Positions 27,072 through 34,995 of a DNA stretch of 53,073 nt are shown piece after piece. Both the position numbers and the translations under genes were made by a program. A model generated the notes under the pieces. It was not told the DNA's origin, did no database searches, and saw only the letters and a program-made list of their open reading frames with translations. Source of the stretch: Bdellovibrionota bacterium (GTDB lineage Bacteria > Bdellovibrionota_C > UBA2361 > JBGSMV01); NCBI GenBank assembly GCA_044356455.1, contig JBIKWF010000018.1, positions 1 to 53,073 of the forward strand, written 5' to 3'. Each line of letters opens with the position of its first letter. Positions within the stretch are counted from its first letter, which is position 1.

Positions 27072-27893
27072 ATGTCAGCATTAACCCTCGCAGAAGCAGC
27101 GCTCCTAGGAGTAGTGGAAGGCCTCACGGAGTTTATCCCGGTCTCGAGTACAGGGCATCTCATTTTAGTGAGTCACGCCCTTGGGCTGGAGGGGCCGGTA
27201 ATCGCTACTTTCGAGATCTTCATTCAGCTGGGCGCAATTTTGGCAGTAGTTGTGCTTTATCGGGAGCGATTTAGGGCGCTTTTAGAGTTTTCGGTGCCTC
27301 GTGCCTCGGATCTGCTCGCGGTGAGCTCCTTCCGCGGCCCCTATGGACTTTTTCGCCTCGCTCTCGCCGCTGCTCCTCTATTTGTCCTTGGGGCGCTTTT
27401 CGGTTCAACGATTAAAACCCTACTCTTTAATCCTACCTCGGTAGCCTTTGCTTTGATGGTAGGGGGAGTGCTCCTCCTTTTTGTTGAACGCTTTGCTGCG
27501 CGTGCCCGCGTTCAAAAGCTTGAGGAAATTACTCCCAAGATGGCGCTTCAAGTTGGGCTCTTTCAGTGCCTTGCTCTTTGGCCAGGAATGTCTCGGTCGG
27601 GAAGTACCATATTTGGCGGCGTGCTTCTTGGAATGTCTCGAACGGCAGCTGCAGAATTTTCATTTTTGGTCGCCGTGCCGGTAATGTTCGTCGCGACGGG
27701 CGTGGATCTAATGAAGAACATCTCCGTGCTGAGTTCCGCAGATGTGCCGGCGTTTGCGGTTGGTTTTGTTGTTTCTTTTGTGACGGCCCTATTCGCCGTC
27801 AAATTTTTTATTTCGATGCTAGGCCGCGTCTCACTTGCCCCGTTCGCTTGGTATCGTATTGCGGCAGGCGCTCTCGTTCTGTGGTGGATGTGA
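27072..27893 (+). CDS. uppP: Undecaprenyl-diphosphate phosphatase (BacA/UppP)
   Basis: GVVEGLTEFIPVSSTGH, IQLGAILAV, PGMSRSGSTI, AAEFSFL. Confidence 0.95.
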   Translation: MSALTLAEAALLGVVEGLTEFIPVSSTGHLILVSHALGLEGPVIATFEIFIQLGAILAVVVLYRERFRALLEFSVPRASDLLAVSSFRGPYGLFRLALAAAPLFVLGALFGSTIKTLLFNPTSVAFALMVGGVLLLFVERFAARARVQKLEEITPKMALQVGLFQCLALWPGMSRSGSTIFGGVLLGMSRTAAAEFSFLVAVPVMFVATGVDLMKNISVLSSADVPAFAVGFVVSFVTALFAVKFFISMLGRVSLAPFAWYRIAAGALVLWWM

Positions 27894-27905
27894 GTTGTTC
27901 CGAGC

Positions 27906-28040
27906 TAAGGAGCCTCTGAAAAAATCACCTCCGTGTACCTCTGCGTCCTCTGTGGTGAAATTTTCATCAAGGATTCACCACAGAGGACGCAGAGGTACAC
28001 AGAGGTGTCTGAAGAATGAAGGTTTTTCAGAGGTTCCCTA
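27906..28040. mobile_element. MITE-like element, family B
   Basis: TA-AGGAGCCTCTGAAAAA ... TTTTTCAGAGGTTCCC-TA. The core is nearly identical to 24783-24918. Confidence 0.82.
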
Positions 28041-28680
28041 ATGTGGGTTATGCGAATGTTTTCGTGATCGGGATGTTTGATGGGGGGGGGAGTAGAAACA
28101 GCCTTTGGTGAAGGCCCTTAAAAGAAGGGAAGCCTGGGAAATGATTCAAGCACGTTTACGAAGAGACGCACCAAAAACTTAGAAAATTCTAAATTCTTGG
28201 GGCGTCTCTCCGATATGGGTAGCGAGCGTGTGGTGAGTGCCGAAACCTTAACGAACCAGTTGGAAACCTCGAGCCTTCAGTGCGGGTAAAACCCAAGCAG
28301 GAAAGCAAAACAAGAAAGTGGCAACCAGAGCAACACGGCGATACGTCAGTGAGTAGCCAAAGGCTGCTCTCTGAAACGCCATACATAACGCGCAAAACAG
28401 TGAGCCGAAGCTCTATAACCGAATTGAAACCTAAAATAACCCGTCAATCATTCCCAGCGCTTCGGAGAGTGCTTTTCAACAAGCAATCTCTGAAGCACTG
28501 ATACTCCCGTCTACCCGCTGCAACTTGTACTAGTCCTATCGGCCAGGAGCGGGGGAATGCTTCAGGGTTTTTCGCAGAAAATTTGTTAAAAAGTGCGAAT
28601 ATTTCCTATCTGCTTGAAATGCTTGGGTTTTAAATATCGCGCCGAAGGGGGCGAATGGGCCAGTAGCATTAGGTTCCTAG

Positions 28681-29224
28681 GTAGGGCGCCGCGTCCCCGC
28701 GGTGCCGCAAGATCTCTCGTCCTGGCACGTGGCATGTATTTGTCCACGCGACTGATTGCGAGATAGCAACCGTTCGTGGATGCCGCGCGGCATTTGATTC
28801 GGCACGCCGGGGACGGCGCGCCCTACCTGGGGTGCGATATCTTGGTAGGGCGCCGCGTCCCCGCGGTGCCGCAAGATCTTTCGTCCTGGCACGTGGCATG
28901 TATTTGTCCACGTCACTGATTGCGAAATAGCAACTGTTTGTGGATGCCGCGCGGCATTTGATTCGGCACGCCGGGGCGCGCGTCTCGCCGTCGCCTACTG
29001 GCAAAGGCGGAACGGCGCGCCCTACCTGGGGTGCGATATCTTGGTAGGGCGCCGCGTCCCCGCGGTGCCGCAAGATCTGTCGTCCTGGCACGTGGCATGT
29101 ATTTGTCCACGTTACTGATTGCGAAATAGCAACTGTTCGTGGATGTCGCGCGGCATTTGATTCGGCACGCCGGGGCGCGCGTCTCGCCGTCGCCTACTGG
29201 CAAAGGCGCAGCGGCGCGCACTAC
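28681..29224. repeat. Tandem array of three GTAG REP doublets (spacer type X); units 2 and 3 carry a 35-bp insert
   Basis: Units 28681-28826 (146 bp), 28845-29025 (181 bp) and 29044-29224 (181 bp), joined by an identical linker ctggggtgcgatatcttg. Confidence 0.92.
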
Positions 29225-29322
29225 CTAGGGGTGTGGCCTCTTGGTCCCTCCGGCGCCGCGTTATCTCCCAGCTCGGCCCTCACGCGGCGCTCGGCTCGCA
29301 GGTGCCCCGTGAAATATGACTC

Positions 29323-29952
29323 CTAGCCACCAATATTTGGATGCGGAGTCACGCCCGCAATGAAGAGTCCAATCACAAAGTTCACGACCATAATGCAAAG
29401 CATGGCCACAACGGTGAACTTTAGCTTTGCATCTTCGGGAAGCGCGAGCACTTTGGCGCAGCCCGAGTAGAAGAGATAAATGCCAAAGATGCTGAACAAA
29501 ATGCCCAAGATCCCGAGTAGGGGCACGAGAGAAAGCACGCCCGCAAGCCAGACAGGAGTTGAGGAATAAACCATGAGCTTAAGAGCGTTCACGAGATCCT
29601 TTGAGCCGCCCATCTTAGGGCTTACTTGCTGAAGGACCAGAGCGCCGACATACATCATGGCGAGGCTAGCACCGAATTGTACGAGAGAGGCGAGGAGTTG
29701 CCCGACAAAAGGAGCGCGCCACGACCCAAGAATCGGAACTTGTACCCCGATTATGGCAAGGCCGATAAATCCGCAAATGGCGGGAATAGCGGCGAGAGGT
29801 GCTGCGTACTTGACATAGATATCCTTCACGGAAGTTTGCTCCGCGGCAATTGAATCCCAGCAACCCGTCGGATTGGTCATGACGAGTTTGGCTCGGTCCA
29901 TGATGAATTTAAAATCGATAGGGGCCGTATTGGTGGCTGTGCTGGTGTTCAT
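29323..29952 (-). CDS. Yip1/DUF1282 family membrane protein
   Basis: RAKLVMTNPxxxWxxI, YAAPLAAIPAI, ALKLMVYSSTPVWLAG, five TM segments. Confidence 0.85.
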   Translation of the reverse strand: MNTSTATNTAPIDFKFIMDRAKLVMTNPTGCWDSIAAEQTSVKDIYVKYAAPLAAIPAICGFIGLAIIGVQVPILGSWRAPFVGQLLASLVQFGASLAMMYVGALVLQQVSPKMGGSKDLVNALKLMVYSSTPVWLAGVLSLVPLLGILGILFSIFGIYLFYSGCAKVLALPEDAKLKFTVVAMLCIMVVNFVIGLFIAGVTPHPNIGG

Positions 29953-30081
29953 AGGGGTCCTCCGAATGCCCCAGAGCCTAGCCTGGGACCTTTCCCTTGT
30001 ACACCTTTGTTCTGATTAGCGGATGGGGGGGGGGAGGTCGGCGCCTCTGGCCATTTGCTCGATTGTTGGGGGGCCTGATTA

Positions 30082-30834
30082 TCAGCGATTTGCTTTGTAG
30101 GCTAAGGCAGCCCGCGCAAATCCTTCAAATAATGTTTTCCAGGCTGGAACGGGGGCTTTGTAGAGGCGTTCTGGGTGGCACTGGACGGCAAGCAGAAACT
30201 GGTCTCCGGACGCGAGCTCAAACCCTTCTACAATTCCATCCTCAGTCCAAGAGTTTGCGACAAGCCCAGTTCCTAATTCCTTTACGGCTTGGTGGTGGCG
30301 CGAGTTGGCGGGGATGCTTGCGGTTCCAAGTATCTCAGCAAGGGCCGAATCAGGTTTTATCTTTACGCGGTGGGTGCAGGACTCGAGGGGAAGAGCTGCG
30401 TCTTCTGGGAGCAGGTGACTCGCTGCGCTTGGTACCTGAGATGGCAGGTCTTGAATCAGCGTTCCCCCCATGGCTACGTTTATAAGCTGAAGCCCGCGGC
30501 AGATGCCGAGGATGGGAATGCGCATGGAGAGCGCTTTTCTAAAGCAGGTAAGTTCTGAAGTGTCCCGAGCGGTGGAGACCGCCCCAAGTTTTTCATGCGG
30601 CGACTCGCGGTAGAGAAGCGGATCGATATCCTCTCCACCCGAAAACAGGATGCCATCGAGGCGCGTAAGGAGTGCGTGAAGAGTTTCTTCGTCCTCGACA
30701 ACGGGGATGATGAGAGGAGACGCGCCCGCATTCTCCAGGGCGTGTATGTATCTTTCGTCAACGCCGTGACTGCTTTCGGCAATGCGCCGAGCTGAAATAC
30801 CAATGACGGGGCGTGTCTTCTCGTTGTGTGCCAT
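30082..30834 (-). CDS. Gamma-glutamyl-gamma-aminobutyrate hydrolase family (peptidase C26, PuuD-like)
   Basis: RPVIGI, SGGEDIDP, GICRGLQ, NSRHHQAV, VQCHPE class I amidotransferase triad. Confidence 0.92.
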   Translation of the reverse strand: MAHNEKTRPVIGISARRIAESSHGVDERYIHALENAGASPLIIPVVEDEETLHALLTRLDGILFSGGEDIDPLLYRESPHEKLGAVSTARDTSELTCFRKALSMRIPILGICRGLQLINVAMGGTLIQDLPSQVPSAASHLLPEDAALPLESCTHRVKIKPDSALAEILGTASIPANSRHHQAVKELGTGLVANSWTEDGIVEGFELASGDQFLLAVQCHPERLYKAPVPAWKTLFEGFARAALAYKANR

Positions 30835-30858
30835 GCAATTTCTTCTTTGCGAATGACC

Positions 30859-30994
30859 TAGGGAACCTCTGAAAAACCTCGATGTTTTAGTTTTTTCTCT
30901 CTCCGTGATCTCTGTTTCCTCTGTGGTTTTTTGAGCAATTTAAATCAACCACAGAGGGCACAGAGTTCACAGAGCAGACTTTTTAGAGGTTCCC
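30859..30994. mobile_element. MITE-like element, family B
   Basis: TA-GGGAACCTCTGAAAAA ... TTTTTAGAGGTTCCC. The core closely matches 3607-3742. Confidence 0.8.
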
Positions 30995-31002
30995 GCTCTC
31001 GA

Positions 31003-31590
31003 TTAAGATCGTTGTCCCATCAATCGATCGAGCAAAATCCCGGCAGCAGCTCGCACTGAGAGATGATTATAGTCCCCCGGGCCACAAATTGGCTCTAAAA
31101 AACAATGAGCGCGGGCAATCAACTCGTCACTCATGCCCCAGCCCGTTCCAAACATTAAAAGATAGGGGTCTGAGGACTGCCAAAGCTCCTCTCTAAATGC
31201 TTGGCAGCTGAGGCGGTTTGGCTCACGCTTTGCCGAGGTGGCTACCAGTTTCGGCAACTTTCCGGTGCGGCGGTCGATTGCAGCAATCGCCTCCTCTAAT
31301 CCAGAGACAATTGCGGTCGTGCCCAAGGCATCTTTGCGATTGGGATTATAGGTTGCGCCAAATCCCTCTTGCCAATGGGAGCGCAGAGTGCGCGCAAGTT
31401 TTCGAAGAAGAGGAGAGGGATGCGCTACGAAAAAGGTGTGGATGCCGAAGGTTCTTGAACTTCGCGCAATGTCGTGCACGTCAATCATGGTGAGAGACGT
31501 GGTGACAATCTTCCCTTGTTTGTCGTGCTGGTCTGCGTGCAGGAGCACGACGCTGATGTCGGGAGTGTTGGTGGTGCCGTGAGAGCTCAT
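31003..31590 (-). CDS. SPOUT-class RNA methyltransferase (TrmD-associated family)
   Basis: DVHDIARSSRTFG, GATYNPNR, VATSA, LMFGTGWG, YNHLSVRAAAGILLDRL. ATGA overlap with the trmD stop codon. Confidence 0.88.
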   Translation of the reverse strand: MSSHGTTNTPDISVVLLHADQHDKQGKIVTTSLTMIDVHDIARSSRTFGIHTFFVAHPSPLLRKLARTLRSHWQEGFGATYNPNRKDALGTTAIVSGLEEAIAAIDRRTGKLPKLVATSAKREPNRLSCQAFREELWQSSDPYLLMFGTGWGMSDELIARAHCFLEPICGPGDYNHLSVRAAAGILLDRLMGQRS

Positions 31591-32327
31591 CGCCGATTTG
31601 CTCCCTTTGCTGCCGTTTCGGTCGCCGCAGAACTCAGAAGTTCTGGGCGCCTTTTTTTTGTTCGAAGGAGTGACTGCTCCGCGCGCCATTCTGCGATCTT
31701 TTGGTGATTGCCCGAGAGCAAAACTTCCGGAATGGGGAGATTTCGAAATTCAGGGGGGCGCGTGTACTGCGGGCCCTCGAGGAGCTGGCCGTATTTCTCA
31801 GTGGCGCGAAACGACTCTTCGACAATCGAATCTTGATTGCCAAGGACTTCTGCTCGGAGCCGCACGGTTGCTTCGATAACTGCCATGGCCGGGATTTCTC
31901 CGCCCATCACCACGTAGTCTCCAATCGAAAGTTCTTCGTCGACGCAAAGGTCGATAACACGTTGGTCGACTCCCTCGTAGCGGCCGCACACCAAGGTAAG
32001 CGATTCCTTCTTGCTAAGCTCTTCCGCTTTCTTCTGATTGAATACGGATCCTGAAGCGCTCAGCAAGATCACATGAGTGTTGGGGTCAAGCGCTCTCAAG
32101 GCATCGATTGAGCGCGCGAGCACATCAGGCTTCATTACCATTCCAGCTCCTCCGCCATAAGGACTGTCGTCCACTTGGAAGTGAGGAGGAGAGGCGTAGT
32201 CTCTAATGTTGTAGCGAGAAGTTTTGAGGAGGTTCTTTTCCGCAGCCTTGAAAATTAAGCTCGAGCTGAGGAAGCTGTCGAAGAGCTCTGGGAAGATGGT
32301 GAGGATATGTAAGTTGAGCATCGACAT
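31587..32327 (-). CDS. trmD: tRNA (guanine37-N1)-methyltransferase
   Basis: ILTIFPE, VDDSPYGGGAGMVM, CGRYEGVDQRV, SIGDYVVMGGE, PQYTRP, LLSGNH. Start at 32327 or 32321. Confidence 0.96.
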   Translation of the reverse strand: MSMLNLHILTIFPELFDSFLSSSLIFKAAEKNLLKTSRYNIRDYASPPHFQVDDSPYGGGAGMVMKPDVLARSIDALRALDPNTHVILLSASGSVFNQKKAEELSKKESLTLVCGRYEGVDQRVIDLCVDEELSIGDYVVMGGEIPAMAVIEATVRLRAEVLGNQDSIVEESFRATEKYGQLLEGPQYTRPPEFRNLPIPEVLLSGNHQKIAEWRAEQSLLRTKKRRPELLSSAATETAAKGANRR

Positions 32328-32352
32328 AGATTGGACATCAAAGCGTAGCACG

Positions 32353-32396
32353 AAAAAAAACGCGGCCGCGTAAAAGCGAGGCCGCGTTTTCTTTTT
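32353..32396. terminator. Intrinsic, potentially bidirectional terminator after rpsP
   Basis: AAAAAAAACGCGGCC-loop-GGCCGCGTTTTCTTTTT: GC stem with A and T tracts on both sides. Confidence 0.8.
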
Positions 32397-32447
32397 ATCT
32401 TCCGGAGCAAAGCACTCCAAGAGATTCTCGGGGAGAATCTCGTCGAA

Positions 32448-32801
32448 CTACTTCTTGGCCGAAGCGGTCTTCTTCTTTCCGCCAGCAGCTGCACGAGCCT
32501 TACGGGCTTTGCGAGCGGCGCGAATCTTTGCCGTTTGATGCTCTTCGCGCTTTTCTACGAGGCCGGGGTGGGCCTTTTGAATCAAGCGACGAACTACATC
32601 AGTGTACTGTGCGCCAACTGAGAGCCAACGCTCAAGCTTGGGCTGGTTGAAAGCGATAACGCCAGGTTCAACCATTGGGTTGTAGGTGCCAATGCGCTCG
32701 AGGAAACGGCCATCGCGCTTGGTGCCCTTCTCGCAGGCAACAATTCGGTAATAAGGGGCGTTCTTGGCGCCGTGTCGAGCGAGTTTCAAAGTAACAGCCA
32801 C
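32448..32801 (-). CDS. rpsP: 30S ribosomal protein S16
   Basis: LKLARHGAKNAPYYRIV, RDGRFLERIGTYNP, WLSVGAQ. Basic C-terminal extension, GTG start after AAGGAG. Confidence 0.96.
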   Translation of the reverse strand: MAVTLKLARHGAKNAPYYRIVACEKGTKRDGRFLERIGTYNPMVEPGVIAFNQPKLERWLSVGAQYTDVVRRLIQKAHPGLVEKREEHQTAKIRAARKARKARAAAGGKKKTASAKK

Positions 32802-33039
32802 GTTCCTAATCTCCTTGTACGAAATCGAGGGCGCGATACTATCCTTAAATGTAGGCTGATATCAACGTGCTAGGGCCAGGTTTCGCGCATCTAGATTGGT
32901 CTATAACGAAGTTTCTGGAAAGCTAGGCTTGTCCTTTAATTCTAATGGGTTATGCCTTTGCCTGAAGCAAAAGTAGTGAACTCCTTGATATTTGGGTAGT
33001 TGGCGGTAGATTTAAGCGCCAGGAAGACTTGGATAAATT

Positions 33040-33381
33040 ATGGTCACCACTACATTTTCACTCCCCCGCTTGGTAACTGGTTTGATTCTCTCAGGCCTTT
33101 TCTCTTCTTTGCTCTTTACTCCAAGTGTTGCGCAGGCAGCTGAAGAGGGTTTTGTATGTGCCGCGGTAATGCGCTGTAACCCTGACGGGACGGTGATGGA
33201 GGAGTTTGATAGAGGGGAATGCGCTCCGATGTATCGCTCTCAATGTCTTTCGCGCCTTGCCAATGATGTTCAGGAATCCTTGGTAGTCTGCAAAGAGAAA
33301 CTCAAATCAACACAAGAGAGTCTTGCGGGTGCTCGGCGTCAGCTTCGTGACCTTAGAAAGAAAGCCGCAGCTCGAAGATAG
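33040..33381 (+). CDS. Small secreted Cys-containing hypothetical protein
   Basis: Signal peptide ending AQA, five Cys, basic coiled-coil C-terminus. Confidence 0.65.
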   Translation: MVTTTFSLPRLVTGLILSGLFSSLLFTPSVAQAAEEGFVCAAVMRCNPDGTVMEEFDRGECAPMYRSQCLSRLANDVQESLVVCKEKLKSTQESLAGARRQLRDLRKKAAARR

Positions 33382-33573
33382 TAGCCCTTCCAACAACTTC
33401 ATATTTTTACCTTTCCTGCTTGTCGGCTCACCTCGTAGGCCCCGGCGTTCTTGCGCGCGGCAGCCGAATTGCGTTCTTACTACAATGCTTCGCGTCGATT
33501 CACTCTTGTGGGTAGGGGGTAACCTGCTAAAACTTAGACATCAGTTTCAAATCATTTCCTTCGGGGAGTCTTT

Positions 33574-34107
33574 ATGCGCCGACTTTCAGCCCTTATTTGT
33601 GTTCTCTTCACTGTAACTTTTGGGCTCGTAGGGTGTGGTGGAGGTGGCGGCGGTGGCGGCGAATTTTTTGGGCCAGCCGAAGTCTCTCTCCGCGCAAATC
33701 CAGAATCGTTCTTTATCGGAGACCGAACTCTCCTTACGGCGGAGTTGTCGCAGGTAAATGATGACGGAGTCGTGCTTGTCTATCGCTTCCCCACAGCCCT
33801 TTCGTATGTGCCGAATTCTGCAAAGCTTGTGCTTGGCGACACAGAAGTGTCAGTGACGCCTCTGCTCAATCAAGCAAAAGATGAGAATGTATATTTGGTG
33901 TTTGTATTCCCCCAAAGCTCATTCTCGGAAGATGCTGCGGGAAATCTTCAGCTTCAATTGCAGGGAATCGAGAAGAAAGAGTCGGCAGAAATCGAGCTTG
34001 ATCCTAGCATTAGAAACCTTCTTGTTCCGAATGACCAACAGTTCGATATCAACAATCCCGTATTTGGGACCGATATTTCAGTAACGGTTGAGGTTAAGAG
34101 CTCCTAA
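33574..34107 (+). CDS. Hypothetical lipoprotein, beta-sandwich-like
   Basis: Lipobox LVGC followed by a poly-Gly linker. LSYVPNSA resembles DUF11/Ig-like strands. GGGGAG RBS. Confidence 0.75.
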   Translation: MRRLSALICVLFTVTFGLVGCGGGGGGGGEFFGPAEVSLRANPESFFIGDRTLLTAELSQVNDDGVVLVYRFPTALSYVPNSAKLVLGDTEVSVTPLLNQAKDENVYLVFVFPQSSFSEDAAGNLQLQLQGIEKKESAEIELDPSIRNLLVPNDQQFDINNPVFGTDISVTVEVKSS

Positions 34108-34383
34108 CTGCCTGACCAGACTCCTAAAACTAGCCACGTTTTGTCGTAGCATCGTATAGAGGCCTGCTGCATCGTAACGAATGCAGGTTTTCCCTGCGTC
34201 TCGGCAGAGGGCGTATTTGCCCGATAGCAGTGGCGCTCAGGTTTTGTTCTTGGCTTAGACAATTCCGTGTAGCGCCCAGGCACCTCCGTGCCTGGGCTTT
34301 TCGCCGCTCGTCCTACCGCGGCTCATTTGAAATCCGCCCCTAAATTCACTACAGTCTGACCCGCTAATCAGATTTCATCTTCT

Positions 34384-34460
34384 AGGCATGTAGCTCAGCT
34401 GGTTAGAGCGCTTGCTTCACACGCAAGAGGTCGCTGGTTCGAATCCTGCCATGCCTACCA
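34384..34460 (+). tRNA. tRNA-Val(CAC)
   Basis: AGGCATG/CATGCCT acceptor stem, TAGCTCAGCTGGTTAGAGC D-arm, CTTGC-TTCACAC-GCAAG anticodon arm, GGTTCGAATCC T-loop, encoded CCA, 77 nt. Confidence 0.95.
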
Positions 34461-34646
34461 TTACTACTGCTCGCCGCAGAGGCCGCCTCGAGTGCCACCG
34501 CCGAAACTTTATTGGGGATTCGAACCAGCGATAGTCCGCTGAGGGGCGAGCTGGCGAGCCCCGTAGTGCGAGACGGAGGCGAGCAAGGGAAAGAGGGTTC
34601 GAATCCTGCCATGCCTACCATTACTACTGCTCGCCGCAGAGGCCGC
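34436..34646 (+). repeat. tRNA-linked repeat: exact 51-bp direct repeat of the tRNA 3' end and trailer, 160-bp period
   Basis: GGTTCGAATCCTGCCATGCCTACCATTACTACTGCTCGCCGCAGAGGCCGC at 34436-34486 and 34596-34646. Confidence 0.93.
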
Positions 34647-34826
34647 GATTTTTCCCGCTTGGCGCTTGGGCCCTTCCTGCGGCGCTATTCCTCGCTTTGC
34701 TCGGGCGCCTTGGAACCAGGGGCTTAGCCCCTGGACCCCGCGAAGGTGATTTGAGTTTGCGTCGTTGGTGTTTGCGGTGGAGCTGGTTTTGACTCAAAGA
34801 GGTTCGAGCCAGCGATAGTTCGCAAG

Positions 34827-34954
34827 GTAGGGCGCCGCGTCCCCGCGGTGCCGCAAGATCTCTCGTACTGGCACGTGGCATGTGTATTTGCCCGCGGCAC
34901 TGATTGCGAAATAGCAATCGTCCATGAATGTCTCGGGGCATTTGATTCGGCGCA
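34827..34954. repeat. GTAG REP element (spacer type X), second arm truncated
   Basis: Aligns with unit 28681-28826 up to gattcggc. Confidence 0.85.
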
Positions 34955-34995
34955 CTCTTTGGCTTTCACGAAGGGGTCATTCGTTTCAAGTCGCG

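Noticed and set aside
28190..28560. RNase P RNA, tmRNA, T-box or retron msr-msd
   Set aside because: No GAGGAAAGTCC or ACAGAA.CCGGC, no tRNA-like ends or tag peptide, no convincing T-box, and no reverse transcriptase in the window. Kept only as an unclassified candidate.
28669..29221. ORFs inside REP arrays (also 27..306, 10444..10953, 34624..34969)
   Set aside because: They are translations of repeat DNA, with recurring RHRGDAAPY / CGTAGTRRPT peptides and no independent coding evidence.
30025..30034. G10 tract (and G9 at 28082-28090) as phase-variation sites
   Set aside because: Both are intergenic and I cannot place them within promoter elements. Read-level data would be needed.
32935..33002. 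dif/Xer-like TAAnnnnTTGA motifs (also near 14265 and 28607)
   Set aside because: Too degenerate to distinguish from AT-rich promoter DNA by eye, and no recombinase is nearby.
34436..34646. Prophage or genomic island attL/attR
   Set aside because: The repeats are only 160 bp apart and there is no integrase or cargo.
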